The notes beneath the pieces are model-generated. The model ran no database searches, was not told the DNA's origin, and was given only the letters and a program-made list of their open reading frames with translations. 55,616 nt of DNA from a virus (lineage: Duplodnaviria > Caudoviricetes), in IMG/VR virus record IMGVR_UViG_3300028045_000018, positions 1 to 55,616 of that record; one strand, written 5' to 3'. The position numbers were made by a program, and so were the translations under genes. Numbering within the stretch: the first letter of the stretch is position 1; every line of letters begins with the position of its first letter. This document shows positions 38,198-47,048 of this stretch, piece after piece.

Positions 38198-39352
38198 ATG
38201 CGAATGTTTAATGATGGACCAAAGATGGCAATAATTGAAAGTCCGAAAAAAAAGGCTCTCATATCTGAACATTATAATTATGTTTTTGATAAAGAGACAG
38301 GATTTTTCGCGCGTTGGGGCAAGACCAAAGAGGAAGATCCCGATTTTTCTCCTTTCGGGCCAGAGATTCTTGACCTTGAGATTGACTCTGGTGAGTGTCT
38401 CGGCAATTGCAAGTTCTGTTACAAATGCAATGGTAGCGGCGTACCAAGTAAACATATGTCTCTCGAAGACTTTAAAACTTTACTCGAAAAAATGCCTAAA
38501 ACGCTTACCCAAATAGCTCTAGGTATCACCAATATACATTCAAATCCTGATTTCTTTGACATTATGAGACACTCCAAAGAGAAAGGCGTAATTCCGAACT
38601 ATACGACTCACGGCTTAGATGTTGATGAAGAAGCTGTTAAAATTACATCAGAGCTTTGCGGTGCAGTCGCCGTAAGTATTGTTAACAAAAACAAAACTTA
38701 TGACGCTATCAAGAAATATGTTGACGCTGGCATGGATCAAGTTAACATCCATTATATGCTCAGCGAAGAGACTTATGAGAGAGCGTTTGAAATTGTTGAA
38801 GACATGAAAACCGATGAAAGGCTTGCTGGAATGAGAGCAATCGTCTTCCTTCAATATAAGCCCAAGGGAGATACTCCAGACGCTTTCCATTCGATAAGAG
38901 ACCCAGAACAATATAAAAAACTTGTCAACTTCTGTCTTGAAAAACAAGTTAATTTCGGCTTCGATTCCTGTTCTGCACCTCTCTTTTTAAAGAGCATTGA
39001 AGGATTAGAAAGAGAAGATGATTTTGTTCAATCGGCAGAGCCTTGTGAAGGCTTTGGGATGTTTAGCTCTTATATCAATTGTGATGGCGAATTTTTCCCC
39101 TGTTCTTTCTGCGAAGGAGAAAAGGGATGGGAAGAAGGTCTTGACGCTTTAAATTGCGAAAGCTTTTTGAAAGACGTTTGGCATTCAGAAAAAATTAAAA
39201 TGTGGCGTGATATTATATTACAATCATCTGAGAACTGCGATTGTAAGTTTAGCGACGGATGCAGATCATGTCCTATTTTTGATATAACCTCTTGTAAAAA
39301 TTGGGCAGATAAAGACGAAAAAGAACTTCGTTATTGGGATACTGCTGTATAG
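38198..39352 (+). CDS. Radical SAM enzyme with C-terminal SPASM/Twitch-like domain
   Basis: CLGNCKFC (CxxxCxxC); PCEG..S.YINCDG..FPCSF...CDC.....CRSCP; class A promoter 38129-38151. Confidence 0.9.
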   Translation: MRMFNDGPKMAIIESPKKKALISEHYNYVFDKETGFFARWGKTKEEDPDFSPFGPEILDLEIDSGECLGNCKFCYKCNGSGVPSKHMSLEDFKTLLEKMPKTLTQIALGITNIHSNPDFFDIMRHSKEKGVIPNYTTHGLDVDEEAVKITSELCGAVAVSIVNKNKTYDAIKKYVDAGMDQVNIHYMLSEETYERAFEIVEDMKTDERLAGMRAIVFLQYKPKGDTPDAFHSIRDPEQYKKLVNFCLEKQVNFGFDSCSAPLFLKSIEGLEREDDFVQSAEPCEGFGMFSSYINCDGEFFPCSFCEGEKGWEEGLDALNCESFLKDVWHSEKIKMWRDIILQSSENCDCKFSDGCRSCPIFDITSCKNWADKDEKELRYWDTAV

Positions 39353-39360
39353 GAAATAAG

Positions 39361-39708
39361 ATGAAACAGAGAAACGGATTTGTTAGCAATAGTTCAAGTA
39401 CGTCATTTACGATAACAAATACATCAGATGATGATAAAACAATTGTAGATTTTATTAAAGAAAATTTACAACTTGTAGACGACTTTAACGCAATGTATGA
39501 TTGGCACAACTATTCTCACGAAGATGCAATAGAAAGTGCAAAAAACAACTATTGTGGTGATGAATATTCTTTTTCGGGGAAAGAAAAGAAAAACATCGCC
39601 TTTGGAGATGAAGAAGGAACAGTTTTAGGTAGAATCTTTGATTACATTCTTCGAGATGGTGGAACTTCTGAAAATTTCACTTGGAAGTTTGATCAATACT
39701 ATAGATAG
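39361..39708 (+). CDS. GFVSNSSS-motif protein 1
   Basis: MKQRNGFVSNSSSTSF (start 39361). Confidence 0.85.
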   Translation: MKQRNGFVSNSSSTSFTITNTSDDDKTIVDFIKENLQLVDDFNAMYDWHNYSHEDAIESAKNNYCGDEYSFSGKEKKNIAFGDEEGTVLGRIFDYILRDGGTSENFTWKFDQYYR

Positions 39709-39717
39709 GAGAATAAA

Positions 39718-39993
39718 ATGAAAATTAGAAACGGATTCGTTAGCAATAGCTCAAGTAGCTCTTTTGTAGTTAAAAAAGAAGGACTCAATGAGTTACAGAT
39801 TTATGCGATTCACAATCATATAGAAATAGTAAATAAAATGATTTTCCCTGAATGGACAGCCGAAGAGCATCCAGATGGGGCATGGAGCATAATAGAATGC
39901 GATACTGTCATTGAGCTATCTACTTCGATGGATAATTTTGATATGGAGTTTTTCCTTAATAAAATAGGTGTTCCGAAAGAAAATATATCATGA
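39718..39993 (+). CDS. GFVSNSSS-motif protein 2
   Basis: MKIRNGFVSNSSSSSF. Confidence 0.85.
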   Translation: MKIRNGFVSNSSSSSFVVKKEGLNELQIYAIHNHIEIVNKMIFPEWTAEEHPDGAWSIIECDTVIELSTSMDNFDMEFFLNKIGVPKENIS

Positions 39994-40370
39994 AAATAAG
40001 AAATGGATTTGTAAGTAATAGCTCAAGTAGCTCTTTCGTAGTTGCTATTAAAAAAGATGACGTATGTCCTCATTGCGGAAGAGGCGATCCCAGTATTTTA
40101 AAAGCTATTGAAGAAAAAGCTAATTATGGTGGAGAAACAGAACTTGATGGTGTAGGACTAGATGCAGTTTTAGAGTATGCTGATGAAATAAGCAGTTATG
40201 GTGACTATCACGACGATGAAGCAGACAGAATAAGAGAAAAAGCTGTAACATACGGAAACGACTGGGAATTGGCTGTTTTTTCCGTGTCTTATCACGATGA
40301 ATTCATAAATCAAATGATAGAAGAGATGAAATCAGCAGGAACAATAGAATTTTTAGATAAAGAAGGTTAA
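39990..40370 (+). CDS. GFVSNSSS-motif protein 3
   Basis: MKIRNGFVSNSSSSSF; CPHC. Confidence 0.85.
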   Translation: MKIRNGFVSNSSSSSFVVAIKKDDVCPHCGRGDPSILKAIEEKANYGGETELDGVGLDAVLEYADEISSYGDYHDDEADRIREKAVTYGNDWELAVFSVSYHDEFINQMIEEMKSAGTIEFLDKEG

Positions 40371-40371
40371 A

Positions 40372-41211
40372 ATGAAAATAAGAAACGGATTCGTAAGCAA
40401 TAGTTCAAGTAGTTCTTTTGTAGTCGCTTTTCCTAGTGAACCAAAGAACTATGATAACGTCTTTGAGATGATGTTCCATGGTAAAGAAGGCGGTATTTCT
40501 ATCTATGACACAGAAGGAATGTCTCACTCTCAAATTGCGGATAGAGTTTGGAGAGATATTGAAAACGGGACAGACGATAAATACTATGGTTATAGTAAAA
40601 CTATACCAGCCAAAAAAGATGATATTATAGAGGAGTTTTCTGGTCGATATTATTACAGTCCTGCCGATTCAAATATGTCTTGGTTTGGTCAAAAGGGTGA
40701 TGAACTCGGTGGATCTTGGATGGAACCTATTGATAAATATTGCGGTAATGACAAGACCTCTATGGACGAACTTAGAAATTTTACTATCAGTTCTAATACC
40801 AAAGAAAAAGAGCTTTATCAAAAAATGAACGACATCATCAAAAACGAGTTCAAACTCAAACAGCCAAAATTTGCGTATAAGAATGGCAAAGACAGAAAAA
40901 CTGGTGATCCCTACACAGATGAAGAGATTAAAACTTATGATGATTATCTCGCGGCTCTTCTTAAATTCAGAAATGAACATGAAGAGTATAAAGCTGTTAG
41001 AGATGAAGAGCTTTCCACTAGTCAAAATAAGTGGAAAGAAAAAGAGCGTCTTGCTCGTCAAATAGCCAAAGTTGATGCAGAAGTTTTTCTTGAAGATAAC
41101 AAAGAAGCTTACATTGTTATTCTTTCGTATGCAGATGATGGTGGAGAATGTACTCTTGAGCATGGCGATATTTTTAGAAACGTTCCACACATACAGATAA
41201 GTCACCACTAA
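40372..41211 (+). CDS. GFVSNSSS-motif protein 4
   Basis: MKIRNGFVSNSSSSSF; 279 aa. Confidence 0.85.
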   Translation: MKIRNGFVSNSSSSSFVVAFPSEPKNYDNVFEMMFHGKEGGISIYDTEGMSHSQIADRVWRDIENGTDDKYYGYSKTIPAKKDDIIEEFSGRYYYSPADSNMSWFGQKGDELGGSWMEPIDKYCGNDKTSMDELRNFTISSNTKEKELYQKMNDIIKNEFKLKQPKFAYKNGKDRKTGDPYTDEEIKTYDDYLAALLKFRNEHEEYKAVRDEELSTSQNKWKEKERLARQIAKVDAEVFLEDNKEAYIVILSYADDGGECTLEHGDIFRNVPHIQISHH

Positions 41212-41222
41212 GGAATAGAAGA

Positions 41223-41627
41223 ATGAAACAAAGAAACGGATTTGTAAGTAACTCAAGTAGTGCCAGTTTCATTGTAAAATGGAAATGGAAAGGAGATCAT
41301 TCATCAGAAGAAAATATGTTGGCAGCAAGCCTACTTAAAATATTTGCTATGTATCATAAATGTGGAGATGTAACATTAGAAGAATTAGAATCAGACGATT
41401 TCGACTTTGAAAAACTTGATGGTATTGACGAAGATGGAAAAGAACGTCTCGAAAAAATACGTGAAATGATAAAGCAGACTGAAGAAATCGAAGGATGGTA
41501 TGTTACAATGTTTTGGACATGCATGTATAATGAGAATAATGATTTCGGAGAAGTAGCAAAAGAGTTGATGTTTTATCTCTTAATATCAGGTCACATTGAG
41601 TATAATTTCGAAATCATAGAAGGCTAA
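41223..41627 (+). CDS. GFVSNSSS-motif protein 5
   Basis: MKQRNGFVSNSSSASF. Confidence 0.85.
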   Translation: MKQRNGFVSNSSSASFIVKWKWKGDHSSEENMLAASLLKIFAMYHKCGDVTLEELESDDFDFEKLDGIDEDGKERLEKIREMIKQTEEIEGWYVTMFWTCMYNENNDFGEVAKELMFYLLISGHIEYNFEIIEG

Positions 41628-41636
41628 GGAGAATTA

Positions 41637-41888
41637 ATGAAAATTAGAAATGGTTTTGTTAGTAATAGTAGCGGAAGTAGCTTCGTTTGCGATATATGCG
41701 GAGACGAAAGACAAGGATATGAATTAGTAGATATCCGTATGGTAGAATGCGAAAATGGCTGTATTATTTGCGATGACCATTTAGACTCAGATGCAATTAT
41801 AAATTACGTCTGTATTGAACCAAGATTAGATGAAGAAAGTTGTCCGGTTTGTAGTCCCAAAAAGAAAGGATCAAAAAATGAAAATTAG
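41637..41888 (+). CDS. GFVSNSSS-motif protein 6 (Cys-rich)
   Basis: MKIRNGFVSNSSGSSF; CDIC, CENGC..C..H, CPVC. Confidence 0.85.
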   Translation: MKIRNGFVSNSSGSSFVCDICGDERQGYELVDIRMVECENGCIICDDHLDSDAIINYVCIEPRLDEESCPVCSPKKKGSKNEN

Positions 41889-42315
41889 AAACGGATTCGT
41901 AAGTAACAGTTCAACCAGTTCTTTTTACATCTATGGAATATGTTTAGATGAAGGCGACGAAATAATAAACAGAATTAAAGAAAATGCTACAGATGAAATA
42001 CAAAAAACTCTGTTAACCAAAAACAATGAAGCCGCAGCAAAATCCTCATACAAAAATGCGTTTGATGATTTCGCTGCATACATAGACAGTTTTGGTGAAG
42101 ACTTTTATGAATTGCTGTACGATGTAGGAGACGTAGTAAAACTTTCAATAAACCAACCTGAATACTGTGGAACTTTTATCGGTATCGATCCATGCAACAT
42201 CAGAGATGATGAGACAGGTAAAGAATTTAAAACTCGCGTAGAAACTCTTATCAAATCTTTGCTTGGAGATATCAAAGGTTTTGGTTGGCACGAACATGCA
42301 TGGAGAGACGGTTAA
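41878..42315 (+). CDS. GFVSNSSS-motif protein 7
   Basis: MKIRNGFVSNSSTSSF (start 41878, AAGGA SD). Confidence 0.85.
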   Translation: MKIRNGFVSNSSTSSFYIYGICLDEGDEIINRIKENATDEIQKTLLTKNNEAAAKSSYKNAFDDFAAYIDSFGEDFYELLYDVGDVVKLSINQPEYCGTFIGIDPCNIRDDETGKEFKTRVETLIKSLLGDIKGFGWHEHAWRDG

Positions 42316-42316
42316 A

Positions 42317-42691
42317 ATGAAAATTAGAACTGGATTCGTAAGCAATAGTAGCTCAAGCAGTTTCATTTGCGAGGTTTGCGGAGCATCAGAAGTAGGATAT
42401 GATAACATTCCAAAAGATTTAGGAATGGAAGAATGCGAACATGATCATCTTTTTTGTAAAAGCCATTTAAGAAAAATCGGCAAAAAAATAACCTATAAAG
42501 AAGAAGATGACTATGGCATTATGGCAGTAACTGAAAATTGCTGCCCAATCTGTACCTTGAAAGATATACATGATTCTCTATTGTTGAGATATCTTAATAA
42601 TAAATTCAGTATAACAAAAAAAGAAATTATAGATGAAATCCAACGAGATTTTAAAAATATAGACGAACTAAATACATACTTAGAAAAATAA
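42317..42691 (+). CDS. GFVSNSSS-motif protein 8 (Cys-rich)
   Basis: MKIRTGFVSNSSSSSF (start 42317); CEVC, CEHDH..C..H, CPIC. Confidence 0.85.
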   Translation: MKIRTGFVSNSSSSSFICEVCGASEVGYDNIPKDLGMEECEHDHLFCKSHLRKIGKKITYKEEDDYGIMAVTENCCPICTLKDIHDSLLLRYLNNKFSITKKEIIDEIQRDFKNIDELNTYLEK

Positions 42692-42726
42692 TCCTCCTAG
42701 CAACTAACAATAAGATTGGAAAAGAC

Positions 42727-43026
42727 ATGGGAACAATGCGTTTTAAATGTCCCGTTTGTGGTCACGACATTCACTTCAAAGATAAGGATAATGTATTCCC
42801 TGTCAATTACAAGTTAAAATGTAAATTCTGTACTTCTATCTTCGGATTTGTACCTAAAGTCTTTGTAAAAGCAGACTTTACGTTGTCTGAGGGATTAATA
42901 GAAGAAAAAGAAATAGAAAATATACTTGACTTTGATCCATATGCTGATGATAATGGACCATTGCTAGAAGAAGAGTTGACATCAGCGATAGATGAATTCG
43001 AGAAACATACAAAAAAAAGCATCTAG
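42727..43026 (+). CDS. Zn-ribbon hypothetical protein
   Basis: CPVC...CKFC. Confidence 0.65.
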   Translation: MGTMRFKCPVCGHDIHFKDKDNVFPVNYKLKCKFCTSIFGFVPKVFVKADFTLSEGLIEEKEIENILDFDPYADDNGPLLEEELTSAIDEFEKHTKKSI

Positions 43027-43029
43027 ATG

Positions 43030-43056
43030 AAGGAATTTCATTTTTTTGTCCGAAAT
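43030..43056 (+). promoter_or_regulatory. Class B promoter AAGG-N15-TCCGAAAT
   Basis: Same spacing as sites at 6240, 51952 and 53806-53832(-). Confidence 0.55.
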
Positions 43057-43089
43057 ATAAGTTAACAGCCTAATTATAAGGAGAATAAA

Positions 43090-43374
43090 ATGAAAGTTAA
43101 AAAATATGCAAGTGGCAGAACAACTATAAAACTGACTAAACAAGAATGGCTTAGAATAGGCAAAGAAGCAGGTTTTGCACCTGATGGATATCAACCATAT
43201 CAGGCACCAGATTTCTCAATAGGAGAAGAATGTGATGTTTGCGGAAAAAAGTTTCCAAATAAAAAGAAAATGCGTGAACATCGAGAATTATGCCTAGAAG
43301 AGCATAGTGATGATGACCTGATGGTCGAAATCGCACAAGAAAAGGCTCGTCCAGGCATTGATATGGGACTGTAA
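43090..43374 (+). CDS. Small protein with C2H2/C2HC-like zinc finger
   Basis: CDVCGKKF.....MREH...C; AAGGAG SD. Confidence 0.75.
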   Translation: MKVKKYASGRTTIKLTKQEWLRIGKEAGFAPDGYQPYQAPDFSIGEECDVCGKKFPNKKKMREHRELCLEEHSDDDLMVEIAQEKARPGIDMGL

Positions 43375-43923
43375 GTGAAAATTATAAAAACAGCACAATA
43401 CCAAAGATAAGTAGCACAAAATGGCGAGGAAGATTTTTATGCAGTACCAGATAGTAAAATGTCATCCATTGACATCAAAAAAACACTTCAAGACAAACCA
43501 CTAGAATGGATACAAGCTGTAAGCAGATTCCCTGCAATGCTTCAAAAAGAAATAATAGATGAACGACCGAATCCCAATCAAGAGGATATTCAAGATATTA
43601 ACTCATGGAAACTAATGGCAAATCAACCAGTTAAATATGAAATGACTCATTTATTAAGAAACGCGAATAATTTAGATTCCATAGCAAGATGTCCGGTTGA
43701 TGTGATTGAAGAAATAAATCAAAAATGGGGATTACAGATAGTTGCTGGAAAAGTTTACGATCAAAACCCCGGACGCTATAAAGAATATGCGACAAATTTT
43801 AAAGGAGAAACTGCTGAACCTTCCGTCATGGTGAACGATGAGATAATTTGGGGGGTAGGACGATTTATTTCTGCTTTATTACGAAAAGACCAAAACTTAA
43901 CTGTTTGGGATATAAAAAAATAA
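43375..43923 (+). CDS. Hypothetical protein; 5' part interrupted by in-frame TAA at 43408 (intact ORF 43459-43923)
   Basis: GTG-KIIKTAQYQR*VAQNGEED...MSSID is in frame with the track ORF. Confidence 0.55.
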
Positions 43924-44237
43924 AATAAAGGAATCTTATTTTTTTCTTGCAATGTGTATAGATATCGTGCTATAATGCCGATACTGAAGTTAGAAGCATG
44001 TTCTATGAGGGCATGCATAAATAAACGAGATAGAAAATGAAGACTAATCAAAACATTACGACTGACCAACAGAACGCCACTGGCGTAGTTGCTCAATCTC
44101 TATCATCGTATTATTCATATCTCTTGCTGTCCAGTTTATGTCTCTAAGACATAATTAGGATTTGCTCTAAATTTTTCCCCTTTCGTTCCCCAGTAATTTC
44201 CAGCAAATCCAGTAAGAGAATTTTTATAATTAAATAA

Positions 44238-44321
44238 GTACCAGTTGGACAATTGGCTGTCCAGAAGGCTGTAACCCTTCCACCCGAGAGGGTATTGCAG
44301 GTTCGAATCCTGCCTGGTACA
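44238..44321 (+). tRNA. tRNA-Tyr(GTA)
   Basis: GTACCAG/CTGGTAC, GAAGG-CTGTAAC-CCTTC, long variable arm. Confidence 0.92.
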
Positions 44322-44345
44322 TGAGAATGGGATGATGGTTGGAAA

Positions 44346-44610
44346 GTCAACTACCCTAAAGGAAGGGCTTGAACCGTGAGGTTCGAGAGTAATTAGTTGA
44401 TTAGTGAGCTTAATTAAGGAATTAGTTATGCAGCAGTTACAATCAAAGTTAAAGAACGCACCAAGGAATGCCTCCCTAGTTCCTTGCTCTGTAAATTCTT
44501 CATTAAACAAAGATCAAAGTCTTAGTGTGGAGAATAAAGTACTGAATTGTAACAATCACGAAGGGAATCTACCTCAACGTAAAGAGGGAAAGAACTTGAG
44601 AGTCTCTTTC
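44346..44610 (+). ncRNA. omegaRNA (HEARO-like) scaffold of IscB
   Basis: GTCAACTACCC...GGGCTTGAACC-GTGA-GGTTCGAG...TAGTTGA opening; TTAAACA motif; directly upstream of PLMP-containing ORF. Confidence 0.8.
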
Positions 44611-45813
44611 ATGGTTTACGTATTAAATTTACGAGGAGAACCTTTGATGCCATGTTCTCCGCAGAAAGCTAAGAAATTGATTAAGGAGAATTTAGCGTGT
44701 GTAGTTAGAAGAAGTCCATTTACGATTCAGTTGAAATATGCGACTGGAGAGAATAAACAGGAAGTAACATTAGGAATAGATTCTGGAGCAAAGAATATAG
44801 GTTTTAGTGCAGTTTCGAAAGAAAAAGAATTAATAAGCGGAACTGTAGTTCTTGATGATAAAATGAAATCAAGACTAGCAGATAGAAAAATGTATCGCAG
44901 AAGTAAAAGAGGCAAATTGTGGTACAGGAAACCCAGATGGAAAAATAGAGTTTCTACTAAGAAGAAAGGTTGGCTTCCACCTTCTATTTTAAGGAAATAT
45001 TTCACTCATTTAACTCTTATTAATAAAATTAAACATCTTCTTCCTATTACTAAAGTAGTAGTAGAAGTAGGAAATTTTGACATACAAAAGATTAAGAATC
45101 CTGATATTTCTGGTAAAGAGTATCAAGAAGGTGATTTATTAGGTTATAATAATGTTAAATCTTATATTTTTGCAAGAGAAAATTATATTTGTCAACTTTG
45201 TAAGAAATCAGTTATTGGAGATAAGACTAATTTACATCATATTATTCCTAAACCTGAAGGAACCGACAAAGCAGACAACTTGGCTTTATTACACAAGAAG
45301 TGCCACAAAAAACTACATGAACAAGGTTTAGAAAGTAAACTGAAGAAAAGTAAACAATATAAAGAAGCAACGTTTATGAATATTGTTAAGAATAAGTTTC
45401 AAGAAGATTTAGATTGTAAACTTGTTTTTGGTTATGAAACGTTTACTAAGAGAAATGAACTAGGAATAGGAAAATCACATATTAACGATGCTTTTGTAAT
45501 TTCAGGTGGAGAAAAACAAGAAAGAACATTACCTTTTGAAGCAACACAAAAACGTAAAAACAATAGATGTTTACAAAAAAATAGAAAAGGATTTAAACGT
45601 TCTGTTCGTAAGCAAAGATATGCTATTCAACCTAAAGACCTAGTTAAGATAGAAGGTAAGTTTTTTGAAGTCAAAGGTATATTTAGTTATGGAAAACAGA
45701 TTAGATTAGTTAATAAGGTAGGAAAAATTGTTAATAAATCAGTTAAAAAAGTGAATTGGGTTTTTCATAATAAAACGTTAATATGGAACGTAACTGTGAA
45801 TCGAAGAAAGTAA
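44611..45813 (+). mobile_element. iscB: IscB RNA-guided nuclease (IS200/IS605 OMEGA), apparently intact; no TnpA in window
   Basis: MVYVL...PLMP, LGIDSG (RuvC-I), R..RR..R bridge helix, VEVGNFD, CQLC..HHIIP..N..HKKCH (HNH), KSHINDA (RuvC-III). Confidence 0.93.
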
Positions 45814-45914
45814 TGTCTGTCGATAGCAGAATGGACGAAAAAGCTCTCTTTGAAAGAAAGAAAGTTGATAAAAAGCAAAGAATAGCTTCTGATATTTAAA
45901 TAAAGAAAATACAT

Positions 45915-46000
45915 GCGGGTGTGGCGAAACTGGAAAACGTGCCAGATTTAGAATCTGGTGAGCTTTAATGCTCTTGGAGGTTCAAGTCCTCTCACCCGTA
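45915..46000 (+). tRNA. tRNA-Leu(TAG)
   Basis: GCGGGTG/CACCCGT, CCAGA-TTTAGAA-TCTGG, long variable arm. Confidence 0.92.
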
Positions 46001-46006
46001 TTATAT

Positions 46007-46077
46007 GACTCATTGGGCAAGTGGTAAGTCGATTCTCTGCAAAAGAATAGACCCCAGTTCGATTCTGGGATGGGTCT
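46007..46077 (+). tRNA. tRNA-Cys(GCA)
   Basis: ATTCT-CTGCAAA-AGAAT, discriminator T. Confidence 0.9.
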
Positions 46078-46084
46078 TTGATTT

Positions 46085-46174
46085 GGATAGATCAGCCGAT
46101 AGTTGGCAGCGGCGACAGTTTTGAAAACTGTTTGCCCAGAAATGGGCGTGGGAGTTCGACCCTCTCTCTATCCG
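46085..46174 (+). tRNA. tRNA-Ser(TGA)
   Basis: ACAGT-TTTGAAA-ACTGT, long variable arm, G73. Confidence 0.9.
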
Positions 46175-46181
46175 GTATTTT

Positions 46182-46270
46182 GGATAAGTGGCAGAGTCTG
46201 GTTTATCGCGCGAAACTGCTAATTTCGTTGTCCTTAACGGGGCACGTTGGTTCGAATCCAACCTTATCCG
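46182..46270 (+). tRNA. tRNA-Ser(GCT)
   Basis: CGAAA-CTGCTAA-TTTCG, long variable arm, G73. Confidence 0.92.
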
Positions 46271-46276
46271 GTAGTT

Positions 46277-46352
46277 GGCAGAGTAGGCTAATTGGTATTG
46301 CCGCTCCTTTCAAAAAGGAGTGTTTCTGTGGGTTCGACTCCCATCTCTGCTA
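46277..46352 (+). tRNA. tRNA with CAA (Leu) anticodon, short variable arm
   Basis: GGCAGAG/CTCTGCT, CTCCT-TTCAAAA-AGGAG, 7-nt variable region. Confidence 0.8.
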
Positions 46353-46355
46353 TCT

Positions 46356-46431
46356 GGTCCTGTAGGCTAACTAGGCATGTGCCGCCAAACTTAAAACTTG
46401 GTGTTTGAGAGTTCGAATCTCTCCGGGACTA
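46356..46431 (+). tRNA. tRNA with TAA (Leu) anticodon, short variable arm
   Basis: GGTCCTG/CGGGACT, CCAAA-CTTAAAA-CTTGG, 5-nt variable region. Confidence 0.8.
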
Positions 46432-46438
46432 TTTACAC

Positions 46439-46470
46439 GCCGCAGTAACCCAATGGCATGAGGTGACTAA
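46439..46470 (+). pseudogene. 5' half of a tRNA, truncated just before the HNH cassette
   Basis: GCCGCAG-TA-ACC-CAATGGCATGA-GGT-G-ACTAA; no matching 3' half seen. Confidence 0.45.
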
Positions 46471-46522
46471 ATAGAGGTATTGTTTGAGCAACATAGAATA
46501 GTAGGTATAAGGAGATAATATT

Positions 46523-47014
46523 ATGCCTACTTGTAAAAAATGTAATCAAAAATATCCATGTTGGGTTGAAATAGATGGGAAACAAAGAAACTTAGGAACT
46601 AGAAAATTCTGTCTTGACTGTTCCCCTTTTGGAAGTCATAATACAAGAGATCTTACTATTCCTAAAAAAGACAAAAAGCAAAGAAATTTAAGAACTTTTA
46701 CTTGTAAAATTTGCAAAAAAGAAAAGACAGCATATAACACTGGATATACATGCAATACTTGTAGAGCCTCTAAGAAGCGAAAAGACAATAAACTAAAAGC
46801 TTTAGAGTTCATGGGAGGGAGTAAATGTTCTAAATGTGGATACGATAAATGTCATTTTGCTTTAGATTTTCATCATATTGATGAGGATAAAAAGAAATTT
46901 ACTCTATCTGCACATTGGAATTATTCATGGCAAAAGCTTCTTCCAGAGATAAAAAAATGTGTTGTTCTTTGTAGAAATTGTCATGCAGAATTACATGCTG
47001 GATTAGCTTTATAA
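46523..47014 (+). CDS. HNH homing endonuclease with Zn fingers, within tRNA cluster
   Basis: CSKCGY..C..ALDFHH...KCVVLCRNCHAELH; class B-like motif GAGG-N15-ATAGAATA at 46474-46500. Confidence 0.9.
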   Translation: MPTCKKCNQKYPCWVEIDGKQRNLGTRKFCLDCSPFGSHNTRDLTIPKKDKKQRNLRTFTCKICKKEKTAYNTGYTCNTCRASKKRKDNKLKALEFMGGSKCSKCGYDKCHFALDFHHIDEDKKKFTLSAHWNYSWQKLLPEIKKCVVLCRNCHAELHAGLAL

Positions 47015-47048
47015 AATTTATTTACGCAGACAACAAGCAGTAGTTTTT

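Noticed and set aside
40669-41256. 195-aa minus-strand ORF and similar antisense ORFs (29084-29614, 32363-32842, 50144-50623)
   Set aside because: They are antisense shadows of well-supported plus-strand genes, with no recognisable motifs.
39361-42691. CRISPR array or diversity-generating retroelement behind the repeated ~48-nt motif
   Set aside because: The repeats vary at synonymous positions and always sit in frame at gene starts. Spacing is gene-sized, and no cas or reverse transcriptase gene is present.
44404-44610. 69-aa N-terminal extension of IscB in the ORF track
   Set aside because: It overlaps the omegaRNA; IscB proteins begin just before PLMP, which fits ATG 44611.
46010-46365. 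Track ORFs 46010-46261(-), 46078-46365(+), 2873-3073(-), 2263-2511(-) and 44136-44510(-)
   Set aside because: They are shadow frames over tRNA or ncRNA genes.
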